Shown here in pieces: positions 17,061 through 24,935 of a stretch of DNA of 64,000 nucleotides; position 1 is the stretch's first letter, and each line of letters starts with the position of its first letter. Location of the stretch: assembly GCA_020444065.1 (NCBI GenBank), contig JAHLLQ010000010.1, positions 11,677-75,676 on the forward strand. Reading direction: 5' to 3'. The notes under the pieces were generated by a model. That model ran no database searches, had not been told where the DNA came from, and saw only the letters and a program-made list of their open reading frames with translations. Both the position numbers and the translations under genes were made by a program. The stretch is from a bacterium. GTDB taxonomy: Bacteria; Sumerlaeota; Sumerlaeia; SLMS01; JAHLLQ01.

Positions 17061-18482
17061 TTAGAAGGCGCCCTTGCCTTTCAAGACGGCGGGCACGGTG
17101 CGAATCAGAATCTCTGTGTCGAGCAAGAGCGACTGATTCTTAATATAATAGAAGTCGTACTCCATATTCAAATGCAGCGGCAGGTTTTTTCGCCCGACAA
17201 CTTGCCAGAGGCCGGTGACGCCGGGTTTCACGTCGAGGCGGCGCTTCTGCCATTCTTCATATTGCTCGACGATGAAGGGCATTTCGGGACGCGGCCCGAC
17301 CATGGACATATCGCCCTTCAGAACGTTCCACAGTTGCGGCAGTTCGTCGAGGCTCGTCTTGCGGAGCCAGCGTCCGACGCGGGTGATGCGCGGGTCTTCC
17401 TGGCTGGTCGGCGCGACAGCATAGGCCTCCGCATTCGTGTGCATGGTGCGGTATTTGTAGAGACGGAATTTGCGTCCATCGCGTCCAACGCGTTCCTGCG
17501 CGAAGATTGCCGTGCCGGGCGAGTCCTTTCGAATCCAAAGGACGATCCACCAATGGAAGAGCAGGATCCAGGTGGCGACTCCGATCAGGGAGACGCTGAG
17601 ATCGAAGGCGCGCTTTGCGACGGCCTGGTGAATCGGCAGGTGGCCGTCGCGCAGCGTGACGACGGGGAACTGCGCAATTTCATCGACCTTCGCGCGCGAT
17701 GTGATAACGCCAAACAGGTTGGAGACGAGTTGAATGCGGAGGCCTCGGAGTTCGCTGAGGCTGATCAGGTTGAGTTGCTCGTCGGGCGAAAGGTGCGGAA
17801 CGGCGAGGAAGACTTCTTCGATTTGATGGCGATGGGTGATTTCTTCGAGTTCGAAGGCATCGCCGAGCATGGGAATGTCTTTGGGGAGATCCGCGGAGTC
17901 CTGGTCGTTCGGATGGCGGACAAAACCAACCATCTCGAACCCAACGTCAGCGTGCCGGAGAAGGGACTCGTGGACCTCGGCGGCGAGTTCGCCGGTGCCG
18001 ACGATGGCAGCTCGGACGAGGCCGCGGCCGCGTTGGAAGGCGCTCCATTTGAGGCGACGGACGGCGGTCCGGCTGGCGTAGAGGTAGATAAACCCATACA
18101 GGCCGGCGAGCAGGATAACGGCGCGGCCGAGATCGAGTTCCTTCAGGAAGTAGCCGATCACCATCATGTAGAGCAGGTAGTGGTAGCTAGCCTTGATAAG
18201 GGCGCCCCACGCGTTAAGCGACGAAAGGCGCCGGCGAACGACGTACAGGCCAAACAGCGAGCAGTTAATCAGGCCCGTGAGGACGACGAGAGCGAAGGCG
18301 TGCTTGTAGGGTTCAAACTCGTTGATGGGACCCATCCAGCGACCGAGGGCGGCGCGCGATTCGTAGGCGATCCACCAGGACGCGCTGAAGCCGAGAATGT
18401 CGGCAACGACGAGAAGCACCGTGGGCCACGGTGTCTTCCAGATCGAACCGTTGTTCTTTGAATCGCGCATCATGGCGACCAT
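17061..18482 (-). CDS. Polyprenyl-phosphate sugar phosphotransferase (bacterial sugar transferase, WbaP/WcaJ-like, exopolysaccharide/LPS initiation)
   Basis: C-terminal conserved block [13 protein letters not shown]...[17 protein letters not shown]...[23 protein letters not shown]-terminal TM region. Start set at Met 135 of the track ORF (MVAMMRD); upstream Pro/Arg-rich translation judged non-coding. Confidence 0.8.
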   Translation of the reverse strand: MVAMMRDSKNNGSIWKTPWPTVLLVVADILGFSASWWIAYESRAALGRWMGPINEFEPYKHAFALVVLTGLINCSLFGLYVVRRRLSSLNAWGALIKASYHYLLYMMVIGYFLKELDLGRAVILLAGLYGFIYLYASRTAVRRLKWSAFQRGRGLVRAAIVGTGELAAEVHESLLRHADVGFEMVGFVRHPNDQDSADLPKDIPMLGDAFELEEITHRHQIEEVFLAVPHLSPDEQLNLISLSELRGLRIQLVSNLFGVITSRAKVDEIAQFPVVTLRDGHLPIHQAVAKRAFDLSVSLIGVATWILLFHWWIVLWIRKDSPGTAIFAQERVGRDGRKFRLYKYRTMHTNAEAYAVAPTSQEDPRITRVGRWLRKTSLDELPQLWNVLKGDMSMVGPRPEMPFIVEQYEEWQKRRLDVKPGVTGLWQVVGRKNLPLHLNMEYDFYYIKNQSLLLDTEILIRTVPAVLKGKGAF

Positions 18483-18592
18483 TGCCCACCAGGACTGCCC
18501 ACGGGCGCAACCGAATCGATGCAGCAGGGGGTTCTCATTGTCCCATCTCGGAAGCGCTTGCGCTTCAGCGGGGAAGGCCGCACATTGCCGGT

Positions 18593-18922
18593 ATGGAGGC
18601 GCCCATGGCGAAGTCGACCCCTGAATCGGAACATCGTCTGCCTTACCAGGAGGCTCTTGGTTTGCTGGAGACGCGTGGGCTGGTGCCGGCGCTTGAGGCG
18701 GCGGATGCGATGCTGAAGGCGGCCCAGGTCGAGTTGCTGGGGCATGAGCGTATCGGCGGCGGCGTGGTGACGGTGATGATCCGCGGGGATGTGGGCGCGG
18801 TGCGGTCGGCGATCGATGCGGGAACAGAGGCAGCGCGCCGCGTGGGTGAGTTGCTGGGCGTTCATGTGATTCCGCGTCCCGCACGCGAGGTGGATGGCAT
18901 TCTGCCGGGGGATGGCGAGTAG
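18593..18922 (+). CDS. Bacterial microcompartment shell protein, BMC-H (PduA/EutM/CcmK-type)
   Basis: [77 protein letters not shown] is near-canonical BMC-H (PF00936). Confidence 0.8.
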   Translation: MEAPMAKSTPESEHRLPYQEALGLLETRGLVPALEAADAMLKAAQVELLGHERIGGGVVTVMIRGDVGAVRSAIDAGTEAARRVGELLGVHVIPRPAREVDGILPGDGE

Positions 18923-18925
18923 GTC

Positions 18926-19786
18926 ATGTCGCTTTTCCGCAAAACCGCAACTTTCCTTGAAATGATCAAGTTTTCTCACTCGGTGTTCGCGCTGCCGTTT
19001 GCGCTGATCGCGATGCTGGTCGCGGCCCAGGGCTGGCCGAGTTTCGGGACGTTTGTGTTGATTATCATCGCTGCGGTGTCTGCGCGGACCGCGGCGATGT
19101 GCTTCAATCGAATCGTCGACCGTGAGATCGACTCGCGAAATCCGCGGACGCGCGGGCGCGCGCTGGTCACGGGCGAATTGAGCATGGCGTTCGCCTGGAC
19201 GGCGCTGATCGTGGCAATTGTGGTTTTCTATGCGGCGGCCGCGGCGTTGAACTGGTTGTGCCTGGCGCTGGCGACGCCGTGCCTGGCGGTGCTGCTGGGG
19301 TACAGCCTGACGAAGCGATGGACGCAGTATGCGCACTTCGTGCTGGGGGCAGCGCTCGGGTTGGCGCCATTGGGGGCATGGATCGCCGTGCGTGGGTCGA
19401 TCGGGCTGTTTCCGATTCTGCTGGGGATCGCGGTGCTACTATGGGTTGCGGGCTTCGACATTCTGTACGCGTGCCAGGACTTCGAGACGGACAAGCGCGA
19501 GGGCGGGTTGCACTCGATTCCGAAGCGCTACGGCCTGGCCGGAGCAATGGCGTACGCGCGGCGCGTACATGTGGGAGCGGTGGTGATGTTTCTTCTGGCG
19601 TGGCTGGCGGGCAGCCCACCGCTAGGGGTGCTGTTCCTGCTGGGAATTCTGGGTGTGACGCTACTGATCCGGCATCAGCACAGCATCGTGAGTCCGCGGG
19701 ATCTGTCGCGAATCAACGCGGCGTTCTTCACGGCGAACGGGTTGATCAGTATCGGGCTGTTTCTGGTGGCGTGGCTGGATGTTTGA
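18926..19786 (+). CDS. UbiA-family aromatic prenyltransferase (4-hydroxybenzoate polyprenyltransferase-like)
   Basis: 286 aa polytopic. Asp-rich motif NRIVDREIDSRNPRT and second motif YACQDFETDKREG. Starts 4 nt after BMC-H stop. Confidence 0.8.
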   Translation: MSLFRKTATFLEMIKFSHSVFALPFALIAMLVAAQGWPSFGTFVLIIIAAVSARTAAMCFNRIVDREIDSRNPRTRGRALVTGELSMAFAWTALIVAIVVFYAAAAALNWLCLALATPCLAVLLGYSLTKRWTQYAHFVLGAALGLAPLGAWIAVRGSIGLFPILLGIAVLLWVAGFDILYACQDFETDKREGGLHSIPKRYGLAGAMAYARRVHVGAVVMFLLAWLAGSPPLGVLFLLGILGVTLLIRHQHSIVSPRDLSRINAAFFTANGLISIGLFLVAWLDV

Positions 19787-19974
19787 GTTCGCCCCCTTCG
19801 GGGACGATTCAGAGCCAGCCAGTCTACCCCGAGTTCCCTGTCGGTCACTCGGGGTCATTCAGCTTGGCCGCCCTTCGGGCGACCGCATCCTGCGGGAGAT
19901 AGCCACGGATCTGTTTGGCAATCAAGCCGACGGGTTTCTGCGGGGGTTCAGGGCGCGAACGTTTCTTGGATAAA

Positions 19975-20215
19975 TCAAAGACTCTGGAGCTTGGGCAAGG
20001 ATCAGCCTTTGCCAAGGCTCCGGCGGACAAGGTGGAGCCGACGAGGCGCTCGCGAGGTGCTCGCTTGCCCTGGGCTGGTATGCTGAATCCCCCTTGGGGA
20101 TTCTTGGTCGCGCGTGGGCCAGGTTGATGGGTGGATGGAAGGAACGGAGAGGCGGCGTCACTGGGACTTGAGCAAGGATGCTCAGGTCACCTCAGTTCAC
20201 AAGCTCGCTTGCTGG
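19975..20215. repeat. Solo copy of the ~213-bp structured repeat family (see 24329-24912)
   Basis: ...gccctgggctggtatgctgaatcccccttggggattcttggtcgcg...cttgagcaaggatgctcaggtcacctc... aligns to the tandem unit at 24357-24569. Confidence 0.85.
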
Positions 20216-20221
20216 GTTACG

Positions 20222-21571
20222 TCATGGTTCGCGGTGGAGTTTGGCGAAGGGGGCGAGGGTGTAGAGGGTGCCTGTTGCCAGGGTGGTTTGGCCGTGGGCG
20301 CGGGCAGTGGCGAATGCGGTGTCGGCGGTGGGGGCTGTCTCGGCATTGAAGCCGGCCTCGCGGGCGATTTGGGCGAGGGTTTCGGGATCGGCTCCGCGGC
20401 CGCCGGGGACTTCGTAAGCGACGACGCGTGCGATCTGATCCGCCAGGCCGTGTGCGGTGAGTTCGGCGAGGAAACGGGCGGCGTCTTTGTCGCGCTGCAT
20501 GCCCCAGAGCAGTGTGAAGGGGCCGAGGGAGAGCTGGGTCAGCGCGGTGCCAAGGGCGGAGGCGCTGAGCGGGCAGTGGGCTCCGTCCAGGACAAGCGCC
20601 GGCGCGCCGGGCAGGACCTCGAGACGGCCGGGCCAGGAGACCTGTGCGGCTCCTTCGATCAAGTGATCTTCTTTCAATGTGATGTCTTGTGCACTGGCGA
20701 AGGCCTCCGCCGCGGCGATGGCCATGGAGAGGTTTCGTGCCTGGTGGTCGCCGAGAAGCGCCAGGCGAAGCCGGATTGTGCGGCCGCGCCATTGTACTTC
20801 GAGGATCTGGCCATCGATGCGGCGTTCGATGATTCGGACGGGGACGGGTTGGAGAATCCGCGCGCCAAGTTCCTGGGCACGGGCTATGGCGACTTCGCGG
20901 GCGCGCTGCTGGGGCTCCGTCTGAGGCTCGAAGATCACCACAGGGCGATGTGGCTTGATGATGCCGGCTTTTTCGGCGGCTATCAGCTCGATGGTAGAGC
21001 CGAGGAGGCGGGTGTGCTCCATGCCGATGGGCGTGATGACGGATACGATGGGGTCGATGATGTTGGTGCAGTCGAGACGGCCGCCGAGGCCGACTTCGAG
21101 GATCCCAGCAGTCGTGCAGCGGTGGGCAAATTCAATGAATGCAAGAGCCGTAAGTACTTCAAATACAGTGCGCAACGAATGCGTGTTGTCAAGCTGTTTT
21201 GCTTGTCGCTCTGTCAGATCGGGTCGGAGGCGTTCCAGGGCTGCTCCGAACTCGTCAAGCGGCCAGGGAGTGCCGTCGAAACGGAAGCGCTGGCCGTAGT
21301 GCTCAAGATGCGGAGAAGTGAAGAGGCCCGTGCGGGCGCCGGCAGCGCGGAGGATCGATTCGGTGAGGGCGGCGGTGGAGCCTTTGCCTTTGGTTCCGGC
21401 GATGTGGATCCAGGGTGTACGGCGGTGGGCGTTTCCGAGGCGCGAAACCCAGCCGCGAAAGCCGTCGAGGTTGTATTCCTGCTCGCCGTAGCGACGTGCC
21501 GCGGGTGTGCGTTCGAGGTCGGTCAGACGCTGAAGGAGTGGGAACTGAGTGGCGGCGGGATTGTCGGCCAT
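20222..21571 (-). CDS. folC: Folylpolyglutamate synthase / dihydrofolate synthase
   Basis: 449 aa. P-loop HIAGTKGKGST, Mur-ligase middle and C-terminal domains. Confidence 0.85.
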   Translation of the reverse strand: MADNPAATQFPLLQRLTDLERTPAARRYGEQEYNLDGFRGWVSRLGNAHRRTPWIHIAGTKGKGSTAALTESILRAAGARTGLFTSPHLEHYGQRFRFDGTPWPLDEFGAALERLRPDLTERQAKQLDNTHSLRTVFEVLTALAFIEFAHRCTTAGILEVGLGGRLDCTNIIDPIVSVITPIGMEHTRLLGSTIELIAAEKAGIIKPHRPVVIFEPQTEPQQRAREVAIARAQELGARILQPVPVRIIERRIDGQILEVQWRGRTIRLRLALLGDHQARNLSMAIAAAEAFASAQDITLKEDHLIEGAAQVSWPGRLEVLPGAPALVLDGAHCPLSASALGTALTQLSLGPFTLLWGMQRDKDAARFLAELTAHGLADQIARVVAYEVPGGRGADPETLAQIAREAGFNAETAPTADTAFATARAHGQTTLATGTLYTLAPFAKLHREP

Positions 21572-21572
21572 G

Positions 21573-22670
21573 TTACTCGGTCCGCTGACGGGACTGGCCG
21601 GCGAGCTGGCCGCAGGCGCCGCTGACGTCGAGGGCCTTGGACCAGCGGATGCTGGCGGTCAGGTTTGCATCGAGAAGAATCTGCTGAAAGTTCGCTATAG
21701 CTTCGTCTTCGGGGCGTTCGTATGGGAGCGCGGGATCGGGATTGAACGGGATGACGTTGACCTTGCACGGGACGCGTTTGACGAGTTTCGCGACTTGGCG
21801 CGCATGGGCAGCGGAGTCGTTGACATTGCCGAGAAGGACGTACTCGAAGGTGACGCGTTCGCGAGTCCGCAGGGGGAAGCGCGCGACCGTATCGAGCAGA
21901 TCCTCCAGAGGGTACTTGCGGGTGATCGGCATGATGTCCTGGCGCTCGGCGTTGGTCGGCGAGTTGAGACTGATCGCGAGGCCGACGCCAAGGTCGGCGG
22001 CGGCCAGCTTCTCCAGGCCGGGAATGATGCCGCTGGTGGAGACGGTAAGGCGGCGGTTCGAGATGTTGACGCCTTCCTGGTCGGTCAGGATCCGGACGGA
22101 GGCGATCACGTTCTCGGGGTTGAGCATCGGCTCGCCCATGCCCATGTACACGATGTTACGAAGGAAGCGGCCGTCGTCGAGCTGCTCGAGGTGGGCGCGG
22201 GTGATGAGGACCTGGTCGACGATCTCGTCGGGGGTCATGTTTCGGTAGAAGCCATTCATGCCGGTGACGCAGAATTTGCAGTCGACGGCGCAGCCAACCT
22301 GGGAACTGACGCAAAGGGTCATCTTGTCGGCGTTGTTGCCGCTGCCGGGCATGAGGACGGCTTCGACCTTGAGGCCGTCGCGGAGGCGAAGGAGAAACTT
22401 GATGCTGCCATCGGTTGAGACGAGGGCACGCTCGATGCCGTCGACTCCGCCGAGGCGCGTGTTCTCGATCAGCCACTGGCGCAGGTCGGCGGGCAGGTTC
22501 TTCATGGCGGCGATGTCGCGAACGCCTTTGCGATGCAGCCAATGGAAGACTTGCTTCCCGCGGAATGCGGGGAATCCGGCGTCCTCGATGAATTGAATGA
22601 GGTCCTCGCGCGGAAAGGCGCGAAGGGCGGGCCGGGGATCGGCGGCGTTTGTGGGGTTCGCGGTCGTCAT
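21573..22670 (-). CDS. rlmN: 23S rRNA (adenine2503-C2)-methyltransferase, radical SAM
   Basis: CxxxCxxC radical-SAM cluster (CAVDCKFC). Conserved MGMGEP and C-terminal Cys (GACGQL). Start set at internal ATG (MTTANPT). Confidence 0.9.
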   Translation of the reverse strand: MTTANPTNAADPRPALRAFPREDLIQFIEDAGFPAFRGKQVFHWLHRKGVRDIAAMKNLPADLRQWLIENTRLGGVDGIERALVSTDGSIKFLLRLRDGLKVEAVLMPGSGNNADKMTLCVSSQVGCAVDCKFCVTGMNGFYRNMTPDEIVDQVLITRAHLEQLDDGRFLRNIVYMGMGEPMLNPENVIASVRILTDQEGVNISNRRLTVSTSGIIPGLEKLAAADLGVGLAISLNSPTNAERQDIMPITRKYPLEDLLDTVARFPLRTRERVTFEYVLLGNVNDSAAHARQVAKLVKRVPCKVNVIPFNPDPALPYERPEDEAIANFQQILLDANLTASIRWSKALDVSGACGQLAGQSRQRTE

Positions 22671-22743
22671 GGGCGGCAGCTTCGTGATGAGTTCCGGGCC
22701 GAGCAAGGGCGATTATTCTTTCGGGTGAGGATCGAAGCAAGAT

Positions 22744-23736
22744 ATGAGCGCGATGGTCGTGTTCGTCTCGGTGGTGGCATCGGTGGTTCCGCTGACGGCG
22801 GTGCTGCTGGTGGTGTGGTGGCTGGATCGGTACGAGCGCGAGCCATTGTGGACGCTGGCGCTGGCGTTTGCGTGGGGGGCTTTCGGGGCGACGATGTTCT
22901 CGGCTCTGCTGGAGGTGATCCTGCAGGTGCCGGTGGCGTTCGTATTGGATGCGGAGCATCAGCAGTATTTTCTCGCGATTGTGGCGGCGCCGCCGATTGA
23001 GGAGTTCTTCAAGGGCCTGTTCATCGTCGGGCTGCTGTTCCTGGGGCGCTGGCTGGATAACCTGACGGACGGCGTGATCTACGGGGTTGCGGTGGGGCTG
23101 GGGTTCGCAATGGCGGAGAACTTCGCGTATTTCTTGCAGAGCTATGCAAGCGGCGGCGTGAGTGCATGGGTGACGGTGATCGTGTTTCGGACGCTGTTCA
23201 CGTCGGCGATGCACGCGGCGGCCACGGCGACTTTGGGTGCGTGCCTGGGGTTCGGCTGGCAACGGGCGATGCGGCCGGCTGGGATGGTCCTGCTGGCGCT
23301 GGGGGGCTATTCAGCGGCCGTCGTGATGCATTTCATCTGGAACAGCCTGGCAGTGTTGAGTGCGATGACGGAACACCTGGGGTTCAGTCTGATCGGCGCG
23401 ATGTTGATTGTGGGGGCGATTATCTTGTACCTGATCGTTCTGCAGGTGGCGTTGCATCACGAGCACAAGTTGCTGCTGCGGGAGTTGGAAGGCGAGGCGG
23501 CGCAAGGGTACTTCCCGGCGGAGCACGCGGCGGCCGTGGCGAGTTCGATCCGCCGGCGGCAGGACGATTGGCTGGATCCGCGAGTGGATCAGCATGCTTA
23601 TGTTGCGGTGGCGGTTCGGTTGGCCATGGCAAGAAGTCGGTGGAGATTCAGCCAGGGCCAGACTCGTGAGGAGTTAGCCTGGAGGATCAATGACTTGAGG
23701 AAGGAGCTGGCTAAGCTGCGCTACGACGTACTATAA
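22744..23736 (+). CDS. prsW: PrsW-family intramembrane metalloprotease (anti-sigma-factor protease-like)
   Basis: Polytopic. Signature EEFFKG, ENxxY (MAENFAYF) and HxxxN-like motifs. Confidence 0.75.
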   Translation: MSAMVVFVSVVASVVPLTAVLLVVWWLDRYEREPLWTLALAFAWGAFGATMFSALLEVILQVPVAFVLDAEHQQYFLAIVAAPPIEEFFKGLFIVGLLFLGRWLDNLTDGVIYGVAVGLGFAMAENFAYFLQSYASGGVSAWVTVIVFRTLFTSAMHAAATATLGACLGFGWQRAMRPAGMVLLALGGYSAAVVMHFIWNSLAVLSAMTEHLGFSLIGAMLIVGAIILYLIVLQVALHHEHKLLLRELEGEAAQGYFPAEHAAAVASSIRRRQDDWLDPRVDQHAYVAVAVRLAMARSRWRFSQGQTREELAWRINDLRKELAKLRYDVL

Positions 23737-23739
23737 GGT

Positions 23740-24260
23740 TTTTTAATGTTCTTCTTAAGAGAAAGCAGCAGTAGTACTAGGGCCTGTGAGAACAGGGGAG
23801 AACGCTTCAAGCGGCTGGATTTCTTCGAGTTAGATGGGGTTGCAGGTCTGGAAGAGCTGGGGACGGATTTGTGGGCGATTGTGAAAAGATAGTCGATGGC
23901 GCGCGCGTGTCCGAATTCACAGCCTTGTAGCAGTGGAAAGCCTGTGAAAAGTCCATCTGGGAAGAAAATCGAATATTAAGATTTGATTAACCTGGGGTTA
24001 CGGAATATTTGGGGGTGGGTTTCAACGGTACTCCGCGGATGAGCTTTTCCACAGAACTTATCCACAGGTGGGACAGTGCGAATCCGCGATTCATGATTTC
24101 ATGTAAGATCAATTTTTTCAATATTCTAAAGTGTTGTAACGTTATTTATATCCGTTCATAAATCGCGAGTAATTCACAGGGCCTGTGGATAACTTTTGTG
24201 CGAAAAAGTTTACGTTAATTGAGTCACTTTGGCGCGGCGATCTTTCGAGTAGTCTCATAA
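23740..24260. other. AT-rich intergenic island with DnaA-box cluster and DUE-like stretch: putative oriC (or strongly DnaA-regulated region)
   Basis: Perfect DnaA boxes TTTTCCACA 24045-24053, TTATCCACA 24058-24066, TGTGGATAA (rc) 24184-24192. 1-mismatch boxes near 23881, 23941, 24172. AT-rich run caattttttcaatattctaaagtgttgtaacgttatttatatccgttcataaatcg 24110-24165. Confidence 0.55.
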
Positions 24261-24328
24261 TTCGTGGGGGGTTGGGAGATGGGGGTGTTGCACGCCTTCA
24301 GCGTGCGGGGTCTGGGGACCTATGGACC

Positions 24329-24912
24329 CAGGGCGGCGCTCGCGAGGTGCTCGCTTGCCCTGGGCTGGTATGTTGAATCCCCGTTGGGGATTCTTGGTCG
24401 CGGGTGGGCGAGGTCGGCGGGTGGGTGGAAGGGACGGAGGGGCGGCGTCACTGGGGCTTGAGCAAGGATGCTCAAGTCACCTCAAGAAGACGTTGTTGCA
24501 GCCTTCCACTTTCGCCAAGGCTGCGGCGGACAAGGTGGAGCCGACGAGGCGCTCGCCAAGGGCTCGCCTGCCCTGGGCTGGTATGTTGAATCCCCGTTGG
24601 GGATTCTTGGTCGCGGGTGGGCGAGGTCGGCGGGTGGGTGGAAGGGACGGAGGGGCGGCGTCACTGGGGCTTGAGCAAGGATGCTCAAGTCACCTCAAGA
24701 AGACGTTGTTGCAGCCTTCCACTTTCGCCAAGGCTGCGGCGGACAAGGTGGAGCCGACGAGGCGCTCGCCAAGGGCTCGCCTGCCCTGGGCTGGTATGTT
24801 GAATCCCCGTTGGGGATTCTTGGTCGCGGGTGGGCGAGGTCGGCGGGTGGGTGGAAGGGATGGGGTGGGCGACGTCACTGGGGCTTGAGCAAGGATGCTC
24901 AAGTCACCTCAA
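24329..24912. repeat. Tandem array (~2.7 copies) of a 213-bp structured repeat; unit starts at 24357, 24570, 24783
   Basis: Exact 213-nt periodicity read directly. Each unit has hairpin A GAATCCCC-gtt-GGGGATTC and hairpin B TTGAGCA-agga-TGCTCAA followed by GTCACCTCAAG. Confidence 0.9.
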
Positions 24913-24935
24913 GAAGCTAGTTCGCGGGGCCTCAA

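Noticed and set aside
17061-18884. Full 607-aa track ORF for the sugar transferase
   Set aside because: First ~134 aa are Pro/Arg-rich low complexity overlapping the BMC-H promoter region. The conserved transferase begins with the TM region after Met135, so the start was moved to ~18482.
23740-24260. AT-rich island as an integrated prophage/IS remnant
   Set aside because: No integrase, transposase or terminal inverted repeats seen. The DnaA-box content makes an origin/regulatory role more parsimonious, though not proven.
24322-24888. 188-aa repetitive ORF (RRSPRARLPWAGMLNPRWGFLVAGGRGRRVGG... repeated) and similar ORFs 24404-24589, 24617-24802
   Set aside because: These arise solely from reading through the 213-bp DNA tandem repeat. 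Copies are identical at the DNA level rather than conserved at the protein level. There is no RBS, and related copies elsewhere are in non-coding convergent intergenic regions and in both orientations.
24329-24912. Possible CRISPR array
   Set aside because: Repeat unit is 213 bp and directly abutting with no unique spacers; no cas genes in the window.
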